Below are positions 48,842 through 63,300 of a stretch of DNA of 64,000 bases, one piece after another. The stretch is taken from IMG/VR virus record IMGVR_UViG_3300025751_000013, positions 1 to 64,000 of that record, one strand, 5' to 3'. How positions within the stretch are numbered: position 1 is the first letter of the stretch; each line of letters opens with the position of its first letter. Below the pieces are notes generated by a model. That model had not been told where the DNA came from. It did no database searches and saw only the letters and a program-made list of their open reading frames with translations. The translations under genes were made by a program, and so were the position numbers. This stretch comes from a virus (lineage: Duplodnaviria; Caudoviricetes).

Positions 48842-49180
48842 ATGGCCGAACCATTAAACGTATTTAAGACAATAACAGCAGACTTAACAACTGGGAACGA
48901 AATTGTATATACTGCCCCAGACGGAAAAACTGCAATCATATTGATGGCACAAATATCAAATGTAACAACTACAGCAGCAGCTACTAGTTTTTTACACTTT
49001 GATGCTTTCACTGCTGATCAAACAGAACTACTATCTAATTTTGTAGTTCCAGGTAACGATGCTACAAGTCCTATCACAGGTAAACTTGTGGTAGAAGAAA
49101 ATAACTCGTTACGGGCACAAGCATCAGTAAACGATGCACTAGTGTTAACATTAAGCTTATTGGAGTCACTAAATGCATAA
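48842..49180 (+). CDS. Small beta-sandwich structural/adaptor protein
   Basis: N.FK....T..E.VYTAP.G..I....Q..N..GKLV..E; paralogue of 49831-50163. Confidence 0.65.
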   Translation: MAEPLNVFKTITADLTTGNEIVYTAPDGKTAIILMAQISNVTTTAAATSFLHFDAFTADQTELLSNFVVPGNDATSPITGKLVVEENNSLRAQASVNDALVLTLSLLESLNA

Positions 49181-49754
49181 TATAGGATTATTAAGTAACA
49201 GAGTCAAAAAGACTCCAGCGTTAAACGCTGAGAGTTACAGATATACATATCTTGACTTGGAAAATGCTGAACCGGATTGGGGTGTACCTGATACCGCTAA
49301 AGCAGATAACAAAGGTATTAACATTAATCGAGGCCTTGCTGCTTCGGATACACAAGGTACTAGAAACTGGGTTGTAATTGGTCCAGGTCTTAGAATTAAT
49401 GGTGATGATGTTTTACTCGTTGACGAGGAAGCATTTGTTAGTTTGACAGGGGACCAAGAATTTAGCGGTACAAAGACATTCCTTGATCAAATAGTTATTG
49501 GGTCAACTGACTCTACTGACTTAGGTGAAAGATTACGTGTAGACGGTACTATATCGGTCAATAATATCACTACACAGAATCCTGCTTTTAATTTAGTAGA
49601 TACAGTTGCTGAAATTATTAACTTTGGCGGACAGGGTACTGACATTAATATCGGTTCTAGCTTTGGTACAACTACAATTAATAATGATTTAATTATTAAA
49701 GGTAACGTAACAATCGAAGGTACCGAACAAAATATGGACGGTGGTTATTATTAA
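49173..49754 (+). CDS. Virion structural/fibre connector protein
   Basis: N-terminus shared with 50156-50803; ends MDGGYY. Confidence 0.6.
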   Translation: MHNIGLLSNRVKKTPALNAESYRYTYLDLENAEPDWGVPDTAKADNKGININRGLAASDTQGTRNWVVIGPGLRINGDDVLLVDEEAFVSLTGDQEFSGTKTFLDQIVIGSTDSTDLGERLRVDGTISVNNITTQNPAFNLVDTVAEIINFGGQGTDINIGSSFGTTTINNDLIIKGNVTIEGTEQNMDGGYY

Positions 49755-49758
49755 TAAT

Positions 49759-49794
49759 TTAGCAAGGTTCACATATAGAAACCTTGCTAATTTT
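49759..49794 (+). terminator. Probable intrinsic terminator, followed by late promoter CTAAATA (49800-49806)
   Basis: TTAGCAAGGTT/AACCTTGCTAA 11-bp inverted repeat followed by TTTT. Confidence 0.7.
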
Positions 49795-49830
49795 ATTAAC
49801 TAAATATCATAGTGATAAAAGGACGCACAG

Positions 49831-50163
49831 ATGCCAAATAATAGTTTTAAATCTGTTAACACAGTAATAACTACAGTTAATGAAGTAATCTATACAGCCC
49901 CTCCGGGATTTACAACAATTGTGATTAACGCACAATTAGCAAACACAGCAGAAACAGACGTCAATTGTACATTTAGTTATGTTGAAAGTTCTTCAGGAAG
50001 TGAAACAAATCTTATAAGAGATTTTCGTGTTAGAGGTAACCAATCGCAGTCTGCGATTATGGGACGTCTAGTTATTAACGAAAACGACTCAATTAAGTGT
50101 CGATCAAATATCGATGCACCAATAAGATTAAGTTTAAGCTTGCTGGAGACTGAGGATGTCTAG
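49831..50163 (+). CDS. Small beta-sandwich structural/adaptor protein
   Basis: Paralogue of 48842-49180. Confidence 0.65.
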   Translation: MPNNSFKSVNTVITTVNEVIYTAPPGFTTIVINAQLANTAETDVNCTFSYVESSSGSETNLIRDFRVRGNQSQSAIMGRLVINENDSIKCRSNIDAPIRLSLSLLETEDV

Positions 50164-50803
50164 AGGAATAGGGTTACTCAGTGGTAGAGTAACTAAGACA
50201 CCGCCAACAGAAGTTGAATCTGTTGCGCCGGATAGATTTACGTTTATTGATGTTTCAACTGCTGAGGCAGACCTAGGCGTACCTCCTGGCAACGACTACT
50301 TTCTTACCTCTGATACAGTCGGTAACAGATCATGGTTACCTCCGGGGTCACTAGGATTAAACGGTGAAGAAAACGAACTTGTTTTTATTAAAAACGGCGT
50401 AAGTGCATCAACTACTAATATAGAATACGACGAAGTTACTGATAGTATAAAATTTCATAATTCTTATCAGCAACGAGGTACTGCTAAAGTAATATCAGAT
50501 GACAGTTCTTTTACTGACGGAGTAATTGCAACGTTTGATAAAAACTCTTTTGGCAGTGCAAAATATATTGTGCAGGCTGACACACCTTCACGTAAAAGAC
50601 AAATAAGTGAACTACTTTTAGTTCATGACGGTACCAATGCTTCGGCAACAGAATTCGGTGTTATACACACTACAGACCTTCCTATTGCTGAATTTGATGT
50701 AGATATTGAAGGTGATTTAGTAAGATTATTAGCAACAAATGCTATAGATGATTCTACCGAAAATGTAAGTTTTCGTATAGTAGAAATGCTGATGCTAATC
50801 TAA
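50156..50803 (+). CDS. Virion structural protein
   Basis: IGLLSGRVTKTP..AEADLGVP N-terminus; C-terminal SAKYIVQA..QISELLLVHDG..TEFG domain. Confidence 0.65.
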   Translation: MSRGIGLLSGRVTKTPPTEVESVAPDRFTFIDVSTAEADLGVPPGNDYFLTSDTVGNRSWLPPGSLGLNGEENELVFIKNGVSASTTNIEYDEVTDSIKFHNSYQQRGTAKVISDDSSFTDGVIATFDKNSFGSAKYIVQADTPSRKRQISELLLVHDGTNASATEFGVIHTTDLPIAEFDVDIEGDLVRLLATNAIDDSTENVSFRIVEMLMLI

Positions 50804-50884
50804 TAAAACAGTACATTATTATCCGCTTAAGCTTCAATTGGCATAAATACCTTACAGCATGCCAATTAGGGGAGAGTGAACCGG

Positions 50885-51328
50885 ATGGCTAATAATAAAA
50901 AGTTCGTAGTCAAAAATGGACTACGCACCCATAACATTGACTTTACAACAACAGATTTGACAAAAACCATTCTTATGGATATTGACAATCTAGGTGATCT
51001 AAATGTTATCGGTGAGGGCAAAATCGTAGTAGGCGATTATGATGACAGTAGTAGTGTCATCGATCCTACAACTAAAATTGAGGTAATAGGTAATATTACA
51101 GCTTTTAAAGTAAAAGCTGATTTCCAGGGGGATGTGTTTGGGCAAGACTCTTCTCGACTTGTGGACTCTAATAACGGAGAGTTTAACGGATTTTTAAATG
51201 GGCAAGTAAGTAGTTTAGATAATCATACAACTGATGATCTAGATGAGGGCACACAAAATCTTTACTTTACGAAACAGAGAGCAAGACGTGAAGCAAGAAT
51301 AATGGCACTGATCTTTGGGAGTAACTAA
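50885..51328 (+). CDS. Short fibre-type structural protein
   Basis: KKFVVKNGL start; TTDDLDEGTQNLYFT..RAR motif; ends ARIMALIFGSN; late promoter at 50843-50849 (the track uses GTG at 50876). Confidence 0.65.
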   Translation: MANNKKFVVKNGLRTHNIDFTTTDLTKTILMDIDNLGDLNVIGEGKIVVGDYDDSSSVIDPTTKIEVIGNITAFKVKADFQGDVFGQDSSRLVDSNNGEFNGFLNGQVSSLDNHTTDDLDEGTQNLYFTKQRARREARIMALIFGSN

Positions 51329-51331
51329 TAT

Positions 51332-54300
51332 ATGTCTTTTATAAGCACGACAAGAGTAATAGAGAACAATCAAGAGGTTTTATTCGAAGGCCCATTAGAT
51401 AAAGAAAGTAATGTACACACAGTTGCCGTACTGAATGAAGGTGTTTCGCCTAATTCTACAACCGATCCAATTAAAGTTACATTAAGTCTTTATGATGCAT
51501 CTGAGCCCGCGACAAGACCTTTTGCGATACTAGAAGTTGCTCCAGGTACTGATGCACAGTATACTAAAGTTATAAACATACGTCCTGGAGATCAACTAAG
51601 AGCCGAAACTGATGGTGGTGAAGTCACTATTATGATCGGCGCTTTCGTTGATGAAGATACTCTAGTAACAAGTATTTTTAATATAACAGGGCAGTATGAT
51701 CATACAGTTACATATCAACCATATGATGTTGCATATTATCTTGGGTCAACATATGTTAATACAACAGTAGACCAAACTGCTGTATATCCTACACAAGTTA
51801 ATGGCGGTTGGACACCTTTAGGTTCTGGATTTAACGCATATGGTGAATTTGATCCACTTGTATTATATCCGCCGTTGTCTGTTGTTAAGTGGGCTAACAA
51901 TGTTTATGTTACAGTTACAGGATCTCCTGTTGGAGTTTATCCGAATGATTATAACAGTACGTGGATTTCTTTTACATCATTAACAAGTGACGAAATTCCA
52001 GATACGTCTGGTGTAAGTGCAAACGTTGCCGCAAGTATTACAATACTTAATAACAGATTAAACACACTTACTACAACTGAAGTCCCAGAAGCATCTGATG
52101 CCGATTTAGAAGCAGCATCAGGATTTGAAAATGCTTACTTTACTAGAGCTAGAGCTCGTGAATCTATTAGTGTAACAGGTGACTTAATTTATGATGTTAA
52201 CACTGGTGTATTATCGGCTCAAACATTAACACAAGATGATGTTAATATATTCATTGACAATAGAGTGTCAAAATCATTTGTTGATGCATTAGGAGTTGAT
52301 GCAGATACAGTTGATGGAATTGAAGGCACAGTATTAGCACGAACTGATATATCTCCAACATTTAGTCAAAACATTATAGTTTCAGGAGAAATGCGTGGCG
52401 ACCTACGTGGTAATGTATTAGCTGACGATAGTAGTATTATAATCAATCATGCTACAAAAGAAATTAACGGACGTTTCGAAGGTACACTAATTGCAGCAAA
52501 TAGTGATGTTATTTTAAATACAGGTATAGATGGTTTTGACGCTACGTTCACTGGTACTACATTTGGTGAACATAGAGGTGATGTTTTATCAGACGATTCG
52601 AATGTAATCATTGATGCTAGTTCAGGATTAATAAGCGGTGACTTAGAAGGTAACGTCACTGCAACCTTTGGTGTGTCACGATTTAATGATATTATTACTG
52701 ATAACATTATTGTTCAAGAAGAATTACAAGTTGCTAACATTTTAGGTAACATTACGTCAACAGGTGTTAGTACATTTAATAACGTTGATATTAATGGCGG
52801 TTATATTGATAACGCTGTTATAAACACAACTAATATTACAGGTACAACTATTGTAGGTACCTATATAGAAGCACAAACTGGTGGATTTAGAGGTGATATT
52901 CTATCCACAGGTACATCACGTTTCAACGACTTGATCGTTACAGGTGATCTAACATTTAACACATTAGAGGTACAAGCACTTGCTGACTTTAAATCTCTTG
53001 TAAATATCGACGGCGGACTTACAGTTGGCGGAACACTTAACGTTACTGGTGGAACTACATTTGGTAATATTAATGTTACTGGTGGACAAATTAGTGGCGT
53101 TACTTTGGGTAGTGGATCTTATCCAGTTGATATCGTTGCAGATGATGTAACAATTTTAAATTCATTTACTGCTACAGATGTTACTGCTGAATTTTCGACA
53201 TTAATAGTTACAGACGAAATGACAGGTGATGTCAGCGGTAACTTGAGAGGAAATGTATTATCACAAGATGGTACAACTGTTATAATAGATGCATTTGCTG
53301 GAATTATCAGAGGCGACTTAGTCGGCGACACAGTAGGACAACATACTGGTAATGTTGACGGTAATGTTGTAGGTAATGTAACAGGTAATGTTACTGCTGC
53401 TGCTGGACTATCGTCATTCTCTAGTATGAATGCACAAATTGGTGACATTGCTGCTCTTGAAGCAGGCTCATTAACAGTTACTGGTGCAGCAAGTTTTACA
53501 GGTGATCTAACATTTGACACACTACAAATTGCTTCATTAGCAGTTAATAACACATTGACAGTTTCTGGTATTTCAACCCTTGGATCAGTAGACATCGGCG
53601 GCGGCACAATGGATGCTGTAACAATCGGTGGCAATGTGCCTGCAAGTGTTACTGGTACAATTTTTACCGGTGACAAAATGTTTGCTGATTTATTTACAGG
53701 TAGCCTAAAGGGTGTCGTAGAAGGATCAGTTGAAGGTGACTTATACGGTAATGTCCTAGGATTAGATAGTTCAATCGTTCTAAATACAAGTACTGCAAGA
53801 GCTACATTAGATGCTGATGTTACTGGACAGATTGATGCAACAGCAAATGGTGGCGGCGAAAGTAGATTTGATGATATAACCATTACTGGTGTATTTTCGT
53901 TACAAGGCGGCGGCCAACTTACGGGTGATCTAACAGGTAATGTAGTAGGTGACGTTACAGGTGATGTATATGCAAGTAACGGAGATAAGATTTTAGAAAC
54001 AGGCAACGGAACAACTATTCCTGCAAAGTTAACAGGTAATGTAGAAGGCGAAGTATTAGGTACATTTACTGGTACAGCTTCTGGAGACTTCACAGGTGAT
54101 GTATTTGCTTACGATTCAACTAAAATGCTTGATGCGTTTTCTAATATATTGAGGGGTGATTTAGTTGGTAATGTAAGTGGTAATGTTTTAGGCGATTTAA
54201 CAGGTAATGTTAACACTACAGGAACTCAAAGCGATGGTTTCTTTAGAAACTTAACAGTTGAAGATACACTTACATTTCCATCATTGAATATTTCGACAAT

Positions 54301-57300
54301 TGATTCAGATAACATTGATGTTGATAATGCAATATTAGATGTTGTAACAATCGGCGCTGGTATAACTACTGGTACAATTGACAACACTACTATTGGTGCT
54401 ACAACCCCAAGAGGTGGTGTATTTACTACATTACAAGGTGCAATTATTGAAGCATCGAGTGAGTTTAGAGGTAACATTGTATCATCAGGATCTTCTAGAT
54501 TTAACGAGCTTATTGTTACTGGCGATTTTGTAGCAAACTTACGTGGTGATATTATTGCTGAAGATTCAAGTGTAATTGTTAACAATGCAACAAAAACATT
54601 TTATGGAACACTACAAGGTACAACAGTTGGAACACTACAAGGTAATGTTATAGCAACTTCAGGACTAAGCGAATTTAATAGTATAAACGTAGCACAAGAA
54701 ATATCAGGTACATTAAGAGGCGATGTAGTTGCACCTGATAGTACATTGTTAATTGATATATCTAGTCAAAATATAAACGGTAACGTAATAACAGCAACAG
54801 GTGGATTTAGTGGAGAGATTACTGGAACACTAGTAGGAGACATTAAGGCTACTGGTGGCCAGGTTGTTTTAGATTCAGGTACTGATGGCACAGATGCAAC
54901 ATTTGCAGGAAACGTAACAGGTAACGTTTTAAACACACTAGGTGAAACAGTACTAGATGCTAATGCTGAAAGACTTACAGGTACATTAGCAGGTAATGTA
55001 TACGCAATAGACGGAATATCACAAATACTAGACTCAGGCACAGATGGTACTGATGCTGTATTTACTGGACAAGTAATCGGAGATGTTACTGGGAATGTCA
55101 CAGCCTCGTCAGGTGTTTCTAACTTTAATAATATAGTTATTGCTAACGAAGCAGTAGGTAATTTTAAAGGTAATGTTCTTGCAGCAGATAGTTCTGTACT
55201 TGTTAATTATCTTGACTCGTCGATCACTGCTGCTACGATTACAGCAACAGGTAATTTTGTAGGTGACGTAATCGGTAATGTCGATACAAGAACAGTTGAT
55301 GTTAACACAAGAAGTTATTTCCAAAACATCACAGTGTTGGGCGAAATTGACCTTAGTGGCGCATCAGGTAATATTACTGCTGATATTGAAGGTACTTTAA
55401 AAGGTAATGTTGTTTCTACAACAGGTGACCCTAATGCTGCTGATGTATTATTATTAGATGCTGCTGGTAGATCGATTCTTAATATGGCATCAATTAGTTC
55501 TAATGAATTTACTGGTGACGAATTTATTGGTGATTTCCTTGGAGATTTATATTCTGCAGACGGATCATTTAGAGTATTAGATACAGGTGCAACAGGAAAT
55601 CAAGCATATTACATCGGTGATATGAGAGGTAATGTACAAGGTAACTTACTCGGTGATGATTCGTCGGTAATTGTAAATTATGTTTCGGGTGACATTAATG
55701 GTAGAGTAGTTAGTTCTTCTCAAGGATTTCAAGGTAAAATTGAAGATCCAAATAACAATATGTCCTCTTTGTATGACTTAACAATTCGTAATAATTTATT
55801 TGTTGAAGGCACAACTACTACCGTTAATACTGATAACTTAGATATTAAAGATAATACAATTGTTTTAAACAAAGGACAAAGCGACGGAGTTACTGGTGTT
55901 GTACTAGGTACAGCAGGTATCCAAATTGACAGAGGCAACGGCGTAGATGCAAACCTACTTTGGACGGAAGACGGCGGCGCTGGCTATTGGGACTTTACAA
56001 ATACTGCTCAAGTAAGAGGTGCATTTAGAGGTAATGTCACAGGTGATGTTTATAGTCCCTTTAATTCAGGAACTCCTATTCTAGACACAGGTACTGCAAC
56101 TTTACCTGCTACATACATAGGTAATGTTGTAGGTGATATAGAAGGTAACGTAACTGTTGGCGCTGGCTTGTCTAGTTTCTTTAGCGTAAATGTTGAAGAA
56201 GAAATTGCTGGTAATTTACGTGGTAACGTATTAGCAAACGACAGTACTAAGATTATTGATTTTATTAACAGTAATATCTATGGTGCTACAATTTCAGCAA
56301 CTGCTGGATTTAGTGGTGATGTATTTGGTAATATTGATGCTAGAGGAGAAAGTTCTGCAAGTTATAGTTATTTCCAAAACCTTAGTGTATCAGGTGACAT
56401 CCAATTTGATAGTTTAAACATTGCTACACTTGAAGTAGGTACTGATTTAAACGTAGGTAACAATGTAGATGTTACTGGTCAAATTACAGCAGGTAGTGTA
56501 GATATTGCTGGTGGTGAAATAGACGGCACAATTATAGGTTCAAATGTTGCTTCTGCTGCTAGTGTAACTACTCTTACAGTAACCACTGGTGATATTAATG
56601 TTACTCAAGGTACTATTAATATTACACAAGGTAACTTGAGTGCTGATACTATTTTTGCTGTTACTGATTTTAGAGGTAATTTAGTAGGTAATGTTACTGG
56701 TAGTTTATCAGGCGGCACTGTAACAGGTGACGTTTATGGTAACCTTTATCGCCCAGGAGGCACTACTCCTGTTCTTAATACTGGTACAGGCGGAGTTGAA
56801 CCTCGACTTTACGGTAATGTAACAGGTAATGTTACAGGTGACGTATTAGGTGATGTAACAGGTAACGTGCAAGGTGTATTATACGGTAGTGTTATAAGTG
56901 AAGATAGCACAACAACTATTGTTAATGCTTCGTCTGGTTTAATTACAGGTGACATTAATTCATCAGGTACATCTACTTTTAATAATATTGTTGTTGAAGG
57001 CGCATTAGACTTTACAACATTTGCTCTTAACGAAATTACAGTTAACACACTTCTACAGGTTGACGGCACTGCTAACTTAACAGTAGCAAATATATTTGCT
57101 GGTAATATTGATAACACTAGAATAGGCGTTACAACTCCTTCAACTATTAAGGGTACTGTTATTGAAGCAACTACTAAGTTTGTCGGTGACATTGCAGGTG
57201 AAGTAGATGGTAACGTTACTGGAGACTTAAGAGGTAATATAATAGGTGAAGATAGTTCAGTTATTGTAGATAATGATCTTAAAAGATTTACAGGTAATTT

Positions 57301-60300
57301 ACTAGGTGATGTATATACAACCGATGGTGTGACATTATTTAATATTTTAGATTCAGGAACAGACGGCACAGATGCATCTATAATTGCAGATGTTAAAACA
57401 CCTTTAGGTGCAACTATCGTTGATACAAGTGCTGCTACTGTCACAGCAACAGGCGGCTTTACAGGCCAAATAGATGCGTCAGCTCCGGGCACTTCTCAAT
57501 TCCATACAGTAACAGTTTCAAACAATTTAAGTGTTCCGGGAACTGTAAATGTTACTCAAACAGTTGAAGCATCAGGCGGTATCGAAAATACTTCAATAGG
57601 TGCAGGAAATACAGAATCAACTGGTGCGTTTACATCTATTACTACAACTGGAGCCGTTACTGTTGGCGGAGACTTAATAGTACAAGGTAATACAGTTACG
57701 TTAAATACTTCGACATTAGACGTTGAAGATTTAAACATTACTGTTGCAAAAGGTGCTGCAAACGCTGCTGCTGCTGATGGCGCAGGCCTAACAGTTGATA
57801 CAGCAGGAGCATGGATACAATATAAGAATCCAAGTGATCAATGGCGCTTTAATAAAGATATAGATTTAACAACAGAAAACGTAAGACTATTAGGTAACAT
57901 TACTTCAACTGGTGTTTCAAACTTTAGTGGTACAGCAAACTTTAGTGGCACAGTCGATATGGCGGGTGCAACGATCAATAACTCAACTTTCCAAAATATG
58001 GATGTTGCTGCAACATCAGAGTTTAGCGGAAATATGACATTAGATACTGCTGCAAACTTTACAATGATAAATGCCGCTGGTACTCCAGTAACAGTATTTT
58101 CAATCGACGGATCAAATGGTAATACTACGATTTCACAGGGCGGACAGTTTGAGATATTAGATACGTTATCTGCTTCGATGTTTAGTGTAGACGGCGGCAC
58201 AGGAAATACGTTAGTTACAGGTACACTTGGTGTAGACGGCATAGTTAGTATTAATAACACAACAGGATCTACTACTACAACAACGGGTGCGCTAATTGTA
58301 GACGGCGGTGTCGGCATAGCAGAAAACTTATTCATAGGCGGCAACTTAGATGTTGCTGGCAATGCAGTTATTTCAGGTAATTTAACTTTTGGTGATGCTG
58401 CAACTGATACAGTAGCATTTGGCGCTGATATTAATAGTAGTATCATTCCAGATATAAACAACACATACGATTTAGGTAGTTCGGCACAGGCTTGGAGAGA
58501 ACTTTATCTTACACAAAATATTAACTTTAAAGGTGCAACAGGTGATAATGAAATTATTGTTCCAACAAATTTATTTGATGCTCTAAGTATTAAAGATGAT
58601 GCTAATACAAGCATAATTGACGTTGAAACAACTACAGGTGCTCCGGTTGTAAAAATTAACCCGAATACAACCGTTGCTGGCACTCTTGATGTTACAGGTG
58701 AAACTACACTAGCAAGTGCAATTATCAGTGATGTAAATCCAAGTAGAGTTGTACTATCAGGCGGTAGTAAAGAAATAAGTTACAGTGATCAATTTACATA
58801 TTCAGCAGGCGCTGGAGTAATTGATGTAGACATTACTGGTAGTTTAGCAGTTGACAACTTAACATTTGATGGAAATACAATTTCAAGTACAGATTCGAAT
58901 GGCGCTATTATACTTGATCCGCAAGGTTCTGGTGTAGTTACAGTAAATGCTAACACAACAATAAGTGGCACATTTACAAGCACAGGGCTTGCAAGCTTAG
59001 ATAACGGTATTGATGTTAATGGTGCTGTGTTTACAGTTTCTAACACAGGTGCAGTTAATACTACATCAACATTAGATGTTACTGGTCTTGCATCCCTTGA
59101 TGGCGGAATTGACGTCGACGGTGCCTTTACTGTGGCAAATACAACAGGTAATATTACAACCTCAGGCACACTAGACATAACAGGCACAACTACTTTAAGA
59201 AATACGGTCGGCATACAAGGTATTACAACTATAAGTAACGCTAATGATGCGTCTAATGCAACTTCAGGAGCATTAATAGTTTCAGGCGGCGCAGGAATTG
59301 CTAAAAAATTATTTGTTGCCGGCGACTTTGAAGTCGGCACAAATAGATTTAATGTAGCAGCAACTACAGGTGATACAACTGTAGCAGGTGACTTTACTGT
59401 TACTAGCGGAACAGCATTCTTAGACGGTGGCATTAATGTTGATAGTGGTGCATTTATTGTGGCAAATACAACAGGTGATATTACAACCCTCGGTGATATT
59501 AGTATAGCAGATAGTAAGAAGTTACTAATTGGTACAGGAAACGATTTAGAAATCTTCCATGATGGTTCTAATTCTTTTATTAAAGATGTTGGTGCAGGTA
59601 ATTTAACAATAGCAACAGATGTACTAACACTTACAAAGGGTGACGGTACTAAAACAACAGCAGTATTAGATGCAGATGGTGCAACTGAACTTTATTACAA
59701 TAATACAAAAAGATTTGAAACTACACTTGTAGGAGCAGATGTTACCGGAACATTCAACACTTCAGGACTTGCAACTTTAGATTCGGCTGTAATATCAGAT
59801 TTACCTGCTAACAGAATTGTATATACAAGTGGTGCAAATGGTAGACTAATTAGCACAGCAGATTTTGTAATAGACGGCACATCATTAAATGTAGGCTCAA
59901 ATAATTTTGTTGTTACAGCAGCAACAGGTAACACTGCTATAGTTGGTACTTTAGACGTAACTGGCGAAACAACAGTAGGTAACTTAGTTGCTGACGATAT
60001 AAAGTTAGGCGATGGCGAAAAGATACAATTTGGTAATGCACAAGATTTAGAAATTTATCACGACGGATCTAATAGTTATATACATGAATCTGGTACAGGA
60101 GGTTTGATCCTAAGATCTGCCAACTCAATTCTTTTCCAAGACGCTACTAGTACAAAAACAGCCATGTCATTAACTGCTAACGGTAGCCAGATATTATACC
60201 ATAATGATGTTCAAAGATTTCAAACAACTGTCTCTGGCGCAGATATAACAGGTGATGTTGACATCTCTGGCACTTTAGATGTTGACGGCAACTTTCAAGT

Positions 60301-63300
60301 TGGCACAAGCAGATTTAATGTAGAAGCAACTACCGGTAACACACAAATTGATGGAACTCTTACAGCAGACGGATTAACTACACTTAATGGTGGTATTACA
60401 GCAGACGGTGGTGTGTTTACCGTAGCAGATGGTACTGGTAATATTGCTACAAGTGGCACGTTAAATGTAACAGGCGACACAACTTTAAGTACACTAACTG
60501 CAACAAGTGATGTAACAGTTCAAGGTGATTTAACAGTTGAAGGTAACTTAACTACTGTTAATGCTACAGAAATAAATGTATCTGATAAGAATATTACACT
60601 AGGCGGCACAACTACAACATTGAGTGCGCTAAACAATAGTGGAATTACTATAGGTGGAACATTAGGAGCAGGATCAAATCCTGCACTAACTTATACATAC
60701 ACTGGTGTTTCTCCAAATCAGGTAGAAAGATTTAATTTAAATAGAGAATTAATCGTTGATAAGGTACACGGTGATATAAAAGGTAATGTTTATGCATCAG
60801 ATGATACAAGTATTATTTTAAATGCAGGTACTAATGGCAACGATGCAATATTCAAAGGTGACGTTTATAGTACAACTGATACATTAATTATAGACAGTGG
60901 TGCAAGTATAGACGATGCAACATTCTATGGAAATATAGATCTTAGAACAGAAACAAATTACGGAAATACTCCAAGCACAGGTACTACTTCATACTTTAAC
61001 AATTTAGATGTTGCCGGTACACTATCGATGGCAAATGCTTCAATAGGCACACTGTCTGGTAACTTAGTTGGAGATATATATGCATCTAACGGAACAAGTT
61101 TAATATTAGACAATGGTACTAATGGAACAGACGCATCATTCCAGGGTAATATTAAAAATGACAACGGAACAGTAATTATTCAAAATGGTTCGACAGGAGT
61201 TGCAGCAACATTTACTGGTAAATTAGTAGGTGATGTAGATAGTAGCGGCATATCTTATTTTAACAATATGTATGCTAACGTTATTAATGCATTCTTAGAC
61301 GGTGACATTTCGGGTAGTGTACTAGGCGAAGATAGTGTAATGATGCTTGATGCTGGTGCTAGAACACTTAGCGTTACTGATGTACAAACAAGTACAATTA
61401 CTGCATCATCTTATCTATCAGGCGATGTTCGTGGCGATATTTACAACAATAACGGCACCCAAAAAATATTAGAAACAGGAGGCACAGCAACAGATGCTGC
61501 TATCTTTACTGGTAGAGTTGATGCGTCAAATGCAATTAACACAACATCTAATTTTAACAATGTTGACGCAACGGGTATATTTACCGGTGTACTAGGCGCA
61601 GTAGGTAATACGGCTAATGCATTTGTAAATGATTTAACCGTAGACAGCGTAGCAACATTTACTGGCGTTGTTAATGCTCTTACTTCAGCTGTTAATATTA
61701 ATTCTGTAAATATAGATGGCGGAACAATAGACGGAACAGTTATTGGCGCAGCGACTCCAGCAGCAATCACAGGTACAACCGTAACTGCAAACACAGGATT
61801 TGTTGGTAACATTACAGGTAACATCACTGGAGACTTAGACGCAAGAGGTCTAGGCGGTACAACGTTCATTGATGATTTAGTTATGGGTCCAGGCACAAAT
61901 GCTGCTATAGATACTGCAACAATTACTACACTTAATGCTTCTACTCTTGTTCTAACAAACTTAGCACTAAGTGGAGATTTAGACGTACTTACTGGTACAG
62001 GTACATTCCAAAACTTAGAAGTTACTGCTGGCGGTAACATTGTAGGACTTGCTACACTAGGTACAAGTGCATCACCAGTAGCAAGTTCAGTAATTACTAC
62101 AATTGATGTTAGTGCAGGTGATATAGTTGGCTTGTCTACTCTAGGTACAAGTGCATCACCGGTTATAGCAGCAGACATAGACACTGCGGTTATAGATGAT
62201 GTAACTAGTGTTACAGTAAGGGCTGATAACTTTACTATTACTAACACTGGCGATTCTGCTCATAAGTTTACTGGACCATTAGAAGGTAATATTACAAGTG
62301 CAGGAACAAGCACATTTACCGGCACAGTAAGTTTATCAGGTGCAACTGTTGTACTTGCTGATAATCAACTAAGCGGTGACAAAATAGACGGCGGCGTTAT
62401 AGGCAATGCTGATCTGTTAGGTAATGGAACAAGTAACACAATTAGTGGATACGATATTACAGTAACAGGAGCACTTGACTTAACTGGAGCAACTGTAACT
62501 TATGACAACGATTCGATATCAGGTGATAAAGTATCTGGCGGTACTATTGATGCTGCAAATATAACTGGCGGCGCAGGTAAAACACTTGACGGATATGATA
62601 TTACAGTAGGTGCCGGTAGAACATTAACTGTAAATGGATCAACAAGTGTTGCAACATTAGCAGCATCTGCACTTGTAGAATTAGACGGCGGTTTTAATGT
62701 TAATGACGACTTTGTTGTAGATGTAGACGGTAACACACGCCTTAATGCAGCAGCTAATTTTGAAATTTGGAATGCAGCAGGAACACCTGTTAAGGTATTT
62801 GACATTGTTGGTTCAACAGGTGCAACTACTATTGCAAATACCTTAGATGTTGTTGGTCCAGTATCTATAACAACAGGAACAGGAAGTACAAGCACATCTA
62901 CTGGTTCACTTACTGTTACTGGCGGAGTAGGTATAAGTGAAAATGCATTTGTAGGTGGTGATTTGGATGTTGCAGCAAATGCACAACTTAGCGGCACTTT
63001 AGATGTTGACGGCGTAACAAATATTAATAACACATTAACTGTAGATTCACTGGCAAGTTTAGACGGCGGCATTGCAGTATCAGATGGCGCAGCAGGCGAT
63101 GCATTTACAGTTGCAGTTACTACAGGTAATGTAGTAACAACAGGTACATTAGATGTAACAGGTTTGTCGTCATTAGATGGCGGAATCGATGTTAACGGAT
63201 CTAACTATACAGTATCAGCAGCAGGCGCAGTAACACAAGCAAGTACATTAGATGTAAGTGGAGATGTTACATTATTACAATCTGCAAACTTTGAAATCTT

